Below the pieces are notes generated by a model, which was not told where the DNA came from, did no database searches, and worked only from the letters and a program-made list of their open reading frames with translations. DNA of 64,000 nucleotides from a virus (taxonomy: Duplodnaviria > Caudoviricetes), in the IMG/VR virus record IMGVR_UViG_3300022660_000043; one strand, given 5' to 3'. Below are positions 38,615 to 48,483 of this stretch, in pieces; the first letter of the stretch is position 1, and every line of letters begins with the position of its first letter. The translations under genes were made by a program, and so were the position numbers.

Positions 38615-39416
38615 CTCTTTCCTCCATGGGTACCTGAAGAAGCTTATCTACTAGGTCATCATCCATAGAACTTAGACGATGGCACTCCATAATCTCCTTC
38701 TTAATTTCGGTATATAGCTCTTTAAGTAATATTCTAACGTAATTAGCCATTGATCTTGGCAACTTCCATAAGATAACTGTGGGCAATTCTGAATTAAGTT
38801 TATTTTTTACATTGATTGAATTTATAGTATTAAGAAGCAAGGAAATCTTTAGATTTTTATAATCTGCAGAGCTTGGAGCAAAAGGTGATTTTTGTACTAC
38901 TTTATCAACAAGAGCTCCAATACTTTGAAACGTATCTGTTACATAAGCTTTAAATTGCTCATTGCAACCTTGTCGGTCTCTGGCATCATCTCTCATTTTT
39001 TCTTGAAACGCCAGAGCATCAAATTTCTTCGATACAAATTCTTCTGAAATAACTTCCTTAAAAGTCTCGTTTTGATACTCAATCTTCATTGGGTATAAGA
39101 GAGCTTTTGTATAATTAAGACAAGATTTAATTGGTCTAATCTGCTTGCCTTTAATTGTTTTACCTTGATTCCAATAATTCTTACGTATCGCTAAGTATAA
39201 ACGATTTGCTGCGTAAAATGAAAATGGGTCGTAGTCTTGGAAGTTAGTAAACATACACTTCTTTATAGCAAGTGCCTTAACTAGTAGCCATAGATAGTTA
39301 TATAATTTATCTTCAATTTCTGGGTTTTCCCCAGGGTTTACAATATCTGTTATATGCGAGTCTATCCAGATGCACATATCAGTATATTTCATGTTTGGGT
39401 CTTTTTTCCATTGCAT
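38592..39416 (-). CDS. Putative phage sigma factor (gp55-like late sigma)
   Basis: Helical sigma-2-like pattern; synteny next to SbcC/SbcD as for gp55-gp47-gp46 in T4; weak evidence. Confidence 0.35.
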   Translation of the reverse strand: MQWKKDPNMKYTDMCIWIDSHITDIVNPGENPEIEDKLYNYLWLLVKALAIKKCMFTNFQDYDPFSFYAANRLYLAIRKNYWNQGKTIKGKQIRPIKSCLNYTKALLYPMKIEYQNETFKEVISEEFVSKKFDALAFQEKMRDDARDRQGCNEQFKAYVTDTFQSIGALVDKVVQKSPFAPSSADYKNLKISLLLNTINSINVKNKLNSELPTVILWKLPRSMANYVRILLKELYTEIKKEIMECHRLSSMDDDLVDKLLQVPMEERDVYEDQY

Positions 39417-39422
39417 AATAAA

Positions 39423-41297
39423 TTAAGCTCCTACTAAAATTTCACTGATGCCGATTTCATTCTTTTGAATAACTAACTCAGAGTCAATCGGCAGCTCGAG
39501 CTCTGAAGCATGGTGAGATACAATGAATACTGATTCGATAGTGTTGAGTTCTTTTGTAATAAGTTCAAGAATTGCGGTGCAGCTCTTCTTGTCAAGAAAG
39601 TCTGTTATTTCATCAAGGACTAAAATGTTAGAATTAAAGTTTAGATACGCAGTAAGCATATTACGTATAGTAAACTGCAGAATCAAGTCAACTCTTTGCT
39701 TTTCTCCACCAGAAAGGTTATCAAACATTTTGCCGCAGTAAGAAATATTAAGGTCATTTCCGTCAAGAGCTACTTCAAGATCTCTTGTATTAAATACTAC
39801 CTCACAGTAATCTTTTGCCTTCTTATTAATATACGATATTATGTTAGAAAGTAGGAAACCTCTAAAATCACGTTTTGAAAGACCGTCCATCTTCTTAACT
39901 AATTTACAATGCTCCGATAATTCCTCTCTTGCAGCATCTGCTTCAGCTATTGTTGTAGTAGCTTTCTCAATAGCTGCTTTATTATCTAGAACAGCTCGAT
40001 AAAGTTGCTGATATCTTGCATCCCAAGTATCTCGTTCATAGACCAGCCTATTACAAGCCTCTTGTTCCTGTGTAATATGAGCCTCAAGATCTCTACGTTC
40101 TCTAGCAAAATCTGCAATTAAACTTTTAAGCTGTGAGTTTCGTGTATTAAGTGTCGTCAATAGCGCACTGTGCTCTGAATTAACTCGTTTCTGATCTTCT
40201 CTCTCAGCGTCCTGCAAATTATGTAAATCTGATTTTGCTTTAGCTAATTGGTCAGTCAAGGTTTGTAACTGTACTTCTTGCTCTAAGGTGTCAGGCTTTA
40301 CAGTACCAGGAATCTTTTGGCCACAAGTAGGACAAGTATCTTTAATAGCTTTTATTCTATTAATCTCACGTCTAAGGGAATCAGTTTCTGCTTGAAGCTG
40401 TGCCTGTCTTTGTACAAGATCATGGCTGGTTTGATCATATTTTGCATGTACCTCAGCCAAAGCTGCAGCTAAACTTTGATTGGCAGTTAGCAATGCGGTA
40501 TCAACTTCAGCCTGTTCTTTTTGAATACCAGCTAAAGTTTCTACTTGTGCATTAATAATCTGCTTAGTCTGCTCAATGGTATCAGTATGTGCTTTGATCT
40601 GTGCTTCAAAATCAGGCTTTTGCATTCCTGCAAGGTTTGCCTCATTTGTTCTCAGATTAGACTCAAAGACTGAAAGCTGAGATCTATTAATGAGCAACTG
40701 ATCCTCAATAGCCCTAATCTGCTGTGACAAAGTACCTTGTCTCTCAGATACGCGTCTTTTGATATCCTCAATCATAAAATCTGCCTTAGTAAGCTTTTCA
40801 AGTAGCTCTTTACGTCCGCTTGGGCTGAAAGAAGAAAACTTGTTAGGCATTCCTTGACCGATAATTATAGTAGAAGTAATAAGATTCTTGGTGAGTTCTG
40901 GAAGAAGCTCAGTAAGTTTCTTTTCAGACTCTCTAATACCCTTACCACTAAGATCTATACTATTTTTAATAATTTTCAAATCAGACTTGGGAGTAACATA
41001 TCTAGTTATTACATAATGATCTGCATCATTTTGAAAACTAAGCTCCACAAAACAGTCAGGATCATCTACAACATTAATATTTTTAAGGTTAGTGTGTAAA
41101 CCGTTAATTGTCTCACCCACAAGAGCAAAACAAATAGCATTCCATAAAAAGCTTTTTCCAGAGCCATTAGAAAGCGCATTATCCTTCTTAAAATGGTTCT
41201 GACCTGTTACTAAACAAAAACCTTTATTTTGTAGATTAATCTCTGTATGTTGATAGCTTCCAAAATTATGCAGGATTAGTTTTTCAAAATTAAGCAC
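39423..41297 (-). CDS. SbcC/Rad50/gp46 SMC-like ATPase
   Basis: NGSGKS, Zn hook CPTC, LSGGEKQR and LVLDE; GTG start inferred from the RBS. Confidence 0.92.
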   Translation of the reverse strand: MLNFEKLILHNFGSYQHTEINLQNKGFCLVTGQNHFKKDNALSNGSGKSFLWNAICFALVGETINGLHTNLKNINVVDDPDCFVELSFQNDADHYVITRYVTPKSDLKIIKNSIDLSGKGIRESEKKLTELLPELTKNLITSTIIIGQGMPNKFSSFSPSGRKELLEKLTKADFMIEDIKRRVSERQGTLSQQIRAIEDQLLINRSQLSVFESNLRTNEANLAGMQKPDFEAQIKAHTDTIEQTKQIINAQVETLAGIQKEQAEVDTALLTANQSLAAALAEVHAKYDQTSHDLVQRQAQLQAETDSLRREINRIKAIKDTCPTCGQKIPGTVKPDTLEQEVQLQTLTDQLAKAKSDLHNLQDAEREDQKRVNSEHSALLTTLNTRNSQLKSLIADFARERRDLEAHITQEQEACNRLVYERDTWDARYQQLYRAVLDNKAAIEKATTTIAEADAAREELSEHCKLVKKMDGLSKRDFRGFLLSNIISYINKKAKDYCEVVFNTRDLEVALDGNDLNISYCGKMFDNLSGGEKQRVDLILQFTIRNMLTAYLNFNSNILVLDEITDFLDKKSCTAILELITKELNTIESVFIVSHHASELELPIDSELVIQKNEIGISEILVGA

Positions 41298-41694
41298 TTG
41301 GCGACCAATCCTCCACACACATTTTTACTAAATTCCAAAAAGCTTCCCAGTGATAAAGTTTTTCTTTTGTATACTTTTCCTGTACCTCCTGCTCAGTACC
41401 TTCAGCGATTCTTTTTACAACACCATTTTCAATAGCATAATAATCATAAATACAATTTTTGTATTTGTCATATTCCTTGAGAGCTGTAATAATTGAAGCA
41501 AGCTCGACGTTTTTCGAATCAAGCTCCTCATTAAAAGGCACATCAAGTAACTGCTTATCCCTAAGCATCATTAGGTAGGTTACAAAATACTCTACTGGGG
41601 CTGCTGTTCCTTGCAGAAGCTTTTCATGTAAATCAGTTAATCTTTTCTTATAGCTTTTATACAAAGCTTTCTGTTCTTTTCTAAATACTTTCAT
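41290..41694 (-). CDS. Hypothetical protein
   Basis: ORF between sbcD-like and sbcC-like genes. Confidence 0.6.
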   Translation of the reverse strand: MKVFRKEQKALYKSYKKRLTDLHEKLLQGTAAPVEYFVTYLMMLRDKQLLDVPFNEELDSKNVELASIITALKEYDKYKNCIYDYYAIENGVVKRIAEGTEQEVQEKYTKEKLYHWEAFWNLVKMCVEDWSPSA

Positions 41695-41699
41695 ATAAT

Positions 41700-41709
41700 A
41701 TTATACAAT
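41700..41709 (-). promoter_or_regulatory. Putative early/middle promoter ATTGTATAAT
   Basis: Motif copy 5 nt before the ATG. Confidence 0.5.
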
Positions 41710-41725
41710 ATTTCCAAATCTATTG

Positions 41726-42757
41726 TTATTTTAGAATTTCGGCCAATTCAGCCTCTAGAATATCACTATTACCGAGTTTAGCTCTGCAGCATTCTGCAAA
41801 CTTCGCACACTGGTCTACACAAAGAGAAGCAATATCGAAGTCATCAGTTTCGCTTTCTGTAGGATCTTTTATAGCAATAATTCTGGATTCTACAATATTA
41901 GTTAGCGTTGCAAGTTTATCTCTTACTTGTTGAATGCACTTATCCTTGCACTTGATAGACAAAACAGCATTCTGTTTCAAATTATCAAACTGTACTAAAT
42001 CATCTACTGAGTTAACTTCAAGTTTATAAAAATTAAAAGCATAAGGATTCTCAATAAAATCACAACTCATTTTCTCAGTATCAATAATCAGTACCCTGTG
42101 CATATACTTATTTGCATCCTCACTGAAATCCTTGCCAGTTAAATTACCGAGATTCATTACAGCTGGAGCAATAGGCATACCATTATGTAAATGACCATTA
42201 ACGCATAAGTGGCTAATCTTAGAAAACTCATCAATAGAAAAACCTGTTCTCGATATTACAGGCCCCATTTGAATACCTATAATATCATTATGAGAAAACA
42301 GAATTCTGAGCTTATCTTTAATAGGTGGAAAGTATTCAGTAATTGGCTTTCTGTTGCTTTCAACAACATAAGGTAAAAAAGCAAGTTCTACATTTTGTCC
42401 AACATAGCGGATAATAGGCTCATTAATAACATAACGAGAAAAACCACTTAAAGCCATAGTAGAACTATATTGCAGATCATTCTCTTCACTTTCATGATTG
42501 CCTACTAAAAAGTAATGAGGAATATCAGACCACTGAATATCATTCAAAGCTGTAAGCTCCTGATCAGTAAGCTGTGGATGGTCAAAAAAATCGCCTAAAC
42601 AGACTATATGCTCGCAGCCTTGCTGTTTTGCTATATCCTCGACCCAATTAAGCGATTGAAGCTGATTTTCAAGTCGTAGTGTGTATCTAGTTCCATATTT
42701 AGTAACTATTGAAGACTTTTCACTGAAGTGATTGTCTGTGTAACATAAAATTTTCAT
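41726..42757 (-). CDS. SbcD/Mre11/gp47 nuclease
   Basis: DNH, GDFFD, GNHE, SH and GHLH phosphoesterase motifs. Confidence 0.9.
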   Translation of the reverse strand: MKILCYTDNHFSEKSSIVTKYGTRYTLRLENQLQSLNWVEDIAKQQGCEHIVCLGDFFDHPQLTDQELTALNDIQWSDIPHYFLVGNHESEENDLQYSSTMALSGFSRYVINEPIIRYVGQNVELAFLPYVVESNRKPITEYFPPIKDKLRILFSHNDIIGIQMGPVISRTGFSIDEFSKISHLCVNGHLHNGMPIAPAVMNLGNLTGKDFSEDANKYMHRVLIIDTEKMSCDFIENPYAFNFYKLEVNSVDDLVQFDNLKQNAVLSIKCKDKCIQQVRDKLATLTNIVESRIIAIKDPTESETDDFDIASLCVDQCAKFAECCRAKLGNSDILEAELAEILK

Positions 42758-42770
42758 ATATCTCCTAAAA

Positions 42771-42802
42771 AAGGTAACGCAGACAAAAGACCACGTTACC
42801 TT
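42771..42802 (-). terminator. Possible terminator
   Basis: AAGGTAACG/CGTTACCTT stem followed by a T run on the minus strand. Confidence 0.5.
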
Positions 42803-42828
42803 GGTTTAATTTAACGGGTGGGATTAGA

Positions 42829-43398
42829 TTAATCGATATAGGTAGCTGCAAGATCAGCCATCTTAGTGAGAACTACAAGAGGATATTCTCTGTAAATAGT
42901 ATGAATATCTCCGGCATAATCACTCTTAGCTGAAGACTGAATGATAGCTTCTATTTGTTCGTCAGTAAAATCTACAAAGCGCTTTGCTATCATATAAGAA
43001 CCAAAACTTACATCTCCAAAAGTAGGTCTTTGATCTTTATACTTGTAGGCGGGCACAGATTCCCACATCCCGGTATTATCATTTTTAACACTCTTGAGAT
43101 ATTTCTCAAAGAGTTCAGTTTTGTACAAGTCCTTGAATAGTGCCACCTTAATTACATCTGCTTCTGTGTAACGCCCAGGAAAGTAAGCATTTACTAACTG
43201 AGCAAGTTCATAATATAGGTCTAGGGCATAATGACAAAGTCCTCCGTCATAAGCCTTAAAGGCATTGGTAGTAGCAGGCTTATTAAAATAATCCTTCTCT
43301 TCTAGGTACTTTACTAGTTCGGTAATATCAATGCCAAGCCTAGTCAAGAGCTGAGTAAATTGAAGTTTATTCTGATAAATCTGATTTTCGTCTAACAT
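42829..43398 (-). CDS. HD-domain-like protein with degenerate metal ligands
   Basis: PATTNAFKAYDGGLCHYAL / VALFKDLYK / MADL versus family PASxxYHxxxxGGLxxHSL / LLHDxxK / AD. Confidence 0.65.
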   Translation of the reverse strand: MLDENQIYQNKLQFTQLLTRLGIDITELVKYLEEKDYFNKPATTNAFKAYDGGLCHYALDLYYELAQLVNAYFPGRYTEADVIKVALFKDLYKTELFEKYLKSVKNDNTGMWESVPAYKYKDQRPTFGDVSFGSYMIAKRFVDFTDEQIEAIIQSSAKSDYAGDIHTIYREYPLVVLTKMADLAATYID

Positions 43399-43408
43399 AA
43401 TTTCCTCC

Positions 43409-44215
43409 TCAATTAAACTTTGTTAGAAGTGTTGTTGCTAGCTTTTTAATATCTTTTTTAGCAGACTTATCTGACAGTGCGCCAATCGCATATACCCCAG
43501 GTACCAAGGTGCTCTCGCAATTTACAGTAACATCTGCTATGCCATTTGGTAACACAGAAAGATAGCGTTTTGTCCAAGACGGAATATCTGGGCTTCTGTC
43601 AAGTGCTACAACAAGAGCTTTAGTTGTAATATTTGTGTATGTGTCCAAAGAAACCTCAACAAGCTTGCCTTCCTTATCATTTTTACAACCAGTAATATTA
43701 CAACCTTGTAAATGTACAATATTAGCAGTCTCATTAATTTTCTTGGCTAGTCTCTTATTATTACCTAATTCAAAATCAGGAGTACAAAGATACACGTAAC
43801 AATATCTTTTTGCAAGATCAAGAGCATAAGAAACTGCAGTATCATTATTTCCATAAATAACTACCGGCTCAGACTTGTGTTTGCCTATTAGATCAATAGC
43901 TTTGTACACGATATTTGAATTTTTTAATGAAGATTTAATAGGTTTAGTACCGGTTGCAAAAACTACATTACAACCAAAGACGGCACCTTTGGAAGTGGTT
44001 GTTTCAACATTTACACCAAAAAGGCCGTGAGAAAAAGATAAAAATACGGCAGTAGCTTCAAGTTGCTCCACACCTTCAAGTTTATGTTTTGATGTACGAT
44101 ACCTAAAGTGTGAACTTATAATAATTGTTTTACGGCCTTCGCCTGAAAGCTGCTCTGCCAAATCAAGGCCTTCAGGTGTAGCACCTATGATGATTGTTTC
44201 GTAAATATGAGCCAT
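43409..44215 (-). CDS. Thioredoxin reductase-like protein, degenerate
   Basis: IIIGATPEG, VVFATG, VVIYGNNDTA and STLVPGVYAIGA give a TrxB layout without the CxxC. Confidence 0.7.
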   Translation of the reverse strand: MAHIYETIIIGATPEGLDLAEQLSGEGRKTIIISSHFRYRTSKHKLEGVEQLEATAVFLSFSHGLFGVNVETTTSKGAVFGCNVVFATGTKPIKSSLKNSNIVYKAIDLIGKHKSEPVVIYGNNDTAVSYALDLAKRYCYVYLCTPDFELGNNKRLAKKINETANIVHLQGCNITGCKNDKEGKLVEVSLDTYTNITTKALVVALDRSPDIPSWTKRYLSVLPNGIADVTVNCESTLVPGVYAIGALSDKSAKKDIKKLATTLLTKFN

Positions 44216-44236
44216 AAAATTCTCCTTTTATATTAT

Positions 44237-44246
44237 ATAATACAAC
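44237..44246 (-). promoter_or_regulatory. Putative early/middle promoter GTTGTATTAT
   Basis: Motif variant upstream of the TrxB-like gene. Confidence 0.45.
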
Positions 44247-45161
44247 TTATTGAGAAGAATTCTGACATTTAATATATTCAAATAGCACTAGCTCATGGTT
44301 TTCTAAACCAGCCCAATGAGATGCTACTTGCTGTGTCTTGTTCTCTCTAGTCCATAAAGAATGATAAGGACAAAGATTTTTAGCTTCTGGCGACTGATTA
44401 GGATTTGTAGGACAAAACTCACACCAATGACAAAGAGGTGTAGGCTTAGGGGCAAAATCCTGCTCGTTAATAGCTGTCAAAAGATTTTGAAGCTTTTGTG
44501 TGCCCTCGTGCATAAAGCCTTCGGCTCCTGCGTCTTGCGTGAGATTACAAAAAGGCAGGTCATACTGACACTCTATATTATCTATTTCAACTCCATACAG
44601 CTCTTTCATTGCATGAGTATAGACTACGAACTGGAGTGGCACAGCAAGATTTTTCTTTTCTACTGGAACTGCATAGGTTTTAATATCCTGTACGATATAT
44701 TTATCAGTTCTAATATTATACAAAATACGGTCAATAAAACCATGAAAAGTAACATCTGTTCCAGGTAGAATAAACTCGAACTCTTTCTCTGTATCAACTA
44801 CCTTGAGATGCCCATTAGCCATTAAGAAATTATCCAGTCTATAAATACCGGAAGTAAGGTACTCATAAATTTTTTCTTTACAAGTGCGACCGGATTTATC
44901 TTCTTGACCAAAAGATTCTTTATATTTGTACTCGAGTTCCATAGCCTTCAAAATAAGATTATTCTTAAGAGCTATGTAGTTTATAGGCTCGCCAGCTTTA
45001 ATAGCATTTGCGATCGTTTCTTCAGTCTCATGGATAGCTGTACCAAGCTCTGTAGCAAGTCCACCAGTATCGACGAAGTGCTTATCTACATATCTTAGCT
45101 TATATCTAAAACCACATTGTGAATAAGTGTCAATTTTAGAATAAGAAAATCTTTCTCCCAT
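44247..45161 (-). CDS. PD-(D/E)xK exonuclease (RecB/AddB/Cas4-like, Cys cluster)
   Basis: SYSK...QC, GFIDRI, DIKT, QFVVY and CHWCEFC. Confidence 0.85.
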   Translation of the reverse strand: MGERFSYSKIDTYSQCGFRYKLRYVDKHFVDTGGLATELGTAIHETEETIANAIKAGEPINYIALKNNLILKAMELEYKYKESFGQEDKSGRTCKEKIYEYLTSGIYRLDNFLMANGHLKVVDTEKEFEFILPGTDVTFHGFIDRILYNIRTDKYIVQDIKTYAVPVEKKNLAVPLQFVVYTHAMKELYGVEIDNIECQYDLPFCNLTQDAGAEGFMHEGTQKLQNLLTAINEQDFAPKPTPLCHWCEFCPTNPNQSPEAKNLCPYHSLWTRENKTQQVASHWAGLENHELVLFEYIKCQNSSQ

Positions 45162-46060
45162 TAACCCACCATCCTTAAAATAAGATACTCTAACTGTCTC
45201 TGATTAGACATGTCAAGTAATCCAGACTTTAGTTTAAGGTCAATAGATGAAAGAATATCCAATTTATGTTGAAGTACTGGTAGAGGCAAGCCGAGAGGAT
45301 AACGTTTACCATTGTTATATTGCTTAGGCGTAATACCAAGATCCTCAGCTGACATATTACTAAACTCTACTAGTAAACTAATCTTAACCTTATTAAGCGC
45401 AAGACCCACAATACCAAGTAGCTCAGCCTTAGTAGCCGAAGAATACTGTAAAAACTGTCTTAGAAGCTGAATATCTGATTTTACCAAAGCATCAGCAAGT
45501 GCAAAATTTGAAACTTCATATAAAGGTGACTCAGGAGTATGAGTTAAATAAAAGTGCACGGTGCTCTGCTCTTCTGGATCAAAAAGATTAATCTTATCTA
45601 ACTCATTTACAATTCTATAGATATTACCTTTTGTTGCTGCATAAAGTTCTTCAATCTCCTGCGCTGTGATATTAGGTCTAAGCTTTTTCATATAAGACTT
45701 TACCTGCCAAGCTTCAAGAACTGGAATATCAATAATATAATCAGCAACAACCTTAGAAAGCTTCTTATCTACTTTTTCGCAGACTACAACAGTATTTGTA
45801 AATCTAGAGTAATCAGTAGCTGCTTCATCAAAAGTCTCCGTATAAATCACTCTGAGATTATTCTCAAAGCCCATGACTAAAGATAGTGCAGAGTCTTGCT
45901 CAAAAATACTATCAGCCAGAGTTTTTTCAAGCTGCTTAATTTCACAGATAGCGTCAATATAAGTATTAGCAATAAAGTTGTTCTCTTCACATACAAAAAT
46001 AATGAAGTTATCAGGAACTTCTCTATTCTGAATGCATTGCTTAAGCTCTTGCAGGTTCAT
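45161..46060 (-). CDS. Clamp loader delta subunit-like (HolA)
   Basis: GNIYRIVNELDKI, FALADAL and DLKLKSG; follows the dnaX- and holB-like genes. Confidence 0.7.
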   Translation of the reverse strand: MNLQELKQCIQNREVPDNFIIFVCEENNFIANTYIDAICEIKQLEKTLADSIFEQDSALSLVMGFENNLRVIYTETFDEAATDYSRFTNTVVVCEKVDKKLSKVVADYIIDIPVLEAWQVKSYMKKLRPNITAQEIEELYAATKGNIYRIVNELDKINLFDPEEQSTVHFYLTHTPESPLYEVSNFALADALVKSDIQLLRQFLQYSSATKAELLGIVGLALNKVKISLLVEFSNMSAEDLGITPKQYNNGKRYPLGLPLPVLQHKLDILSSIDLKLKSGLLDMSNQRQLEYLILRMVG

Positions 46061-46871
46061 GTGCTACCTCCCATAAATGATTAATAAAATTAAGCATGAA
46101 AGCTTCTTTGTTGATAAACTTGTTAATAATCTTTTGACGCTGTTCTATCGTATAACGATAAACTTCAAAGCTAAACTCATCTCCTGTTGCTTTAAACTTT
46201 TCAAAAGCTGAGTAGGCCAAGATCTCAAGGAATAGATTGAAATCATACTTAGTGTTTTCTTCTTTCTTAGTGCTGATCTTATTTACTACACAAAGAGCAT
46301 CTGAGTAGTCAAAAGTTCTCAATCTCGGAAACTGCTTAAGCATATTCTCGCACAGCTGTAAGATATTTACAAAAGTATCAGAATTGCCAAGATCATTTAG
46401 CTTACCAGGTGTATTACAAAATCTATAGACAAGTGGGTCTGCATTCTGAGGCGCCCAAGAAAAACACTTCAGCTCTTCCTCGGTATAAGCTTCAAAAGTA
46501 AGCTTCAAGCATCTATTAAGAATAGTAGGAAGAATTCCAACCTCTGACTCAGCACCAAGAACAACTTTCATAGTAGAAGAAGGCTCTTCAATAAACTTAA
46601 GAAATTTATTCTGGCCTTTTTCAGTTATCTGTGTCAGATCAATCCAATATAGTCTAGTAATTGGATATTGTGCATAGTCAATAAGATCCTCTGCAGTAGT
46701 CTTATCATCAACAGCTACGATATCAATACCAAGACTATTAGCAAGTTTATTAGCTATGGTAGTTTTACCGCAACCTTTTTCACCGAGTAGAAGGATAGTA
46801 CTAGGCATAGAAGAGAGTGTATAATTAGACAAAATAGATACAAGCTTTTTCTGCCCAATAATAGTATTCAT
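46041..46871 (-). CDS. Clamp loader delta-prime subunit-like (HolB)
   Basis: IIGQ, GEKGCGKT, QNKFLKFIEEP and ILPTILNRC. Confidence 0.75.
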   Translation of the reverse strand: MNTIIGQKKLVSILSNYTLSSMPSTILLLGEKGCGKTTIANKLANSLGIDIVAVDDKTTAEDLIDYAQYPITRLYWIDLTQITEKGQNKFLKFIEEPSSTMKVVLGAESEVGILPTILNRCLKLTFEAYTEEELKCFSWAPQNADPLVYRFCNTPGKLNDLGNSDTFVNILQLCENMLKQFPRLRTFDYSDALCVVNKISTKKEENTKYDFNLFLEILAYSAFEKFKATGDEFSFEVYRYTIEQRQKIINKFINKEAFMLNFINHLWEVAHEPARA

Positions 46872-46883
46872 AGCCTTACCTCC

Positions 46884-47897
46884 TTACTTACAAAATTTCA
46901 ACAAAAAGGCCTCAATAGTAGATTTATAAAAAGAATCATAACGAATCTCCAGCTTGACCTGAAGCAGAGTATCAATAAGATTAATCAGCCAATTATAATC
47001 ATGAATAAATCCAATTACGTTCTGAACGTTGGGCTCAAGATAAACAGGAATGTTGGTAGCATTGATATCCTTAAACATGTAGTATTTAGAAAAATCAAGA
47101 ACGAATTCAATAAATACTTCGATAAAGCTCTTAAGATCCGCACCAGAGTTGTAAAGCTGATCTGTAGTATAAAGCACTCCTGCGCTATTTTTTTCAGCAA
47201 GAGAGTAGATCAGATAGAGCATAGCATCATATGACGAAGTATTAAGTACCTGCTGAGCATTTGCAAGAATAAGATCAGTATCAAAGTCTGCACACTGCTC
47301 AAGCTTCATAATAGCATCTCTCATGCAACCATGAGTTGTCTTGCTGATAAGATCGCAAGTCTTCTCAAAATTAGTAAAGCCTTCAGCTAAGCAAATATTC
47401 ATAAGTCTTGTCTTAATTTCATCTGCACTAATTTTGGTAATATTATATCTCTGCATACGATTAAGTACGGCCTCTGGAATCTTATTAGGCTCGGTGGTGC
47501 AGAAAATATAAATAGTAAAAGGCGGTGCCTCTTCAAGACCCTTAAGATAAGCCTGCCAGCCTTGAGTAGTAATAGCATGACACTCATCAATAATGAAAAT
47601 CTTGTATTCACTATCAAGAGCCCTCTGCTTACCTGCTTCCATAATGGCTCGTACATCATCTACACCGTTATGGCTGGCTGCATCAATCTCTTCAAGAGTG
47701 CCTTTTCCTTGATTAATGGCATATCCAAAAATTCTAGCAAGGGTCGTTTTTCCGCAGCCAGAATCCCCTGCAAAAAGGTAGCAGTTCTTAAAATTACGGT
47801 TTTCAACTACTTTCTTAAGAATCTTAGTGGTAATACTCTGTCCACAAACTTCTTCAAAAGTCTTAGGACGGTACTTTACGGCTAATGTCTGTTTCAT
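46884..47897 (-). CDS. dnaX: Clamp loader gamma/tau ATPase subunit
   Basis: LAVKYRPKTFEEVCGQ, GDSGCGKTT, EIDAAS, IIDECH and GCMRDA. Confidence 0.9.
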   Translation of the reverse strand: MKQTLAVKYRPKTFEEVCGQSITTKILKKVVENRNFKNCYLFAGDSGCGKTTLARIFGYAINQGKGTLEEIDAASHNGVDDVRAIMEAGKQRALDSEYKIFIIDECHAITTQGWQAYLKGLEEAPPFTIYIFCTTEPNKIPEAVLNRMQRYNITKISADEIKTRLMNICLAEGFTNFEKTCDLISKTTHGCMRDAIMKLEQCADFDTDLILANAQQVLNTSSYDAMLYLIYSLAEKNSAGVLYTTDQLYNSGADLKSFIEVFIEFVLDFSKYYMFKDINATNIPVYLEPNVQNVIGFIHDYNWLINLIDTLLQVKLEIRYDSFYKSTIEAFLLKFCK

Positions 47898-47906
47898 AAT
47901 TCCTCC

Positions 47907-48275
47907 TTACATTACTACTGTACTTAACATAGTTAATTCTTCTGTCGGAAGCCAACCAGACCACAAAACGTTAATATCCTGTCTTGTATTAGGATCAAAT
48001 CCAAGGCTATCCACATAAATCATTTTACCTAAAGACTTTGATACAAAAATCTTTAAATATGGAAAACTAGGAGCGGTACCGTTATTATAATTTGCTGCTA
48101 TTACGGAAGAACAATTATTTACAAGCGCTCCAGAAAGCTGAACAAGGTACATTTTACCCAGTTCATAATGAGGCTTGCTATATCGCGGGATACGAAAAGT
48201 GCAAGTCTCAGGATCATAATTTGTTAGATTGGCATAACTACATTTTTCTAATTGCTGTTTTATTAAATCTCTCAT
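47907..48275 (-). CDS. Hypothetical protein
   Basis: ORF with RBS and upstream promoter motif. Confidence 0.6.
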   Translation of the reverse strand: MRDLIKQQLEKCSYANLTNYDPETCTFRIPRYSKPHYELGKMYLVQLSGALVNNCSSVIAANYNNGTAPSFPYLKIFVSKSLGKMIYVDSLGFDPNTRQDINVLWSGWLPTEELTMLSTVVM

Positions 48276-48293
48276 AAAAATACCTCTCTAAAT

Positions 48294-48330
48294 ATAATAC
48301 AATAAAAGGGCCAGCAATTTGGCCCCTTTA
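48294..48330 (-). promoter_or_regulatory. Terminator hairpin followed by ATTGTATTAT promoter motif
   Basis: AAAGGGCCA/TGGCCCCTTT hairpin at about 48305-48329; motif at 48294-48303. Confidence 0.5.
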
Positions 48331-48336
48331 CTTATA

Positions 48337-48483
48337 TTAGAACTCAAATAAATTTTCATCCAAAGACCAGATATAATCTGTAGGTTCAGTTAACCGCATA
48401 CTAACCAAAGTATCAATATCCTGTTCAGTAGCATTATCTGGCACCTCAAACTTTTGTACAACAGCATAATAAACAGTTTTCAT
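48337..48483 (-). CDS. Small hypothetical protein, 48 aa, not in ORF track
   Basis: MKTVYYAVVQKFEVPDNATEQDID...; ATGA overlap with the upstream gene. Confidence 0.55.
   Translation of the reverse strand: MKTVYYAVVQKFEVPDNATEQDIDTLVSMRLTEPTDYIWSLDENLFEF

Noticed and set aside
44247-45161. CRISPR-associated Cas4 or a CRISPR array (including the 63802-63870 repeats)
   Set aside because: No other cas genes and no repeat-spacer array seen. The nuclease sits in a replication/recombination operon, and the repeats are only 5-12 bp.
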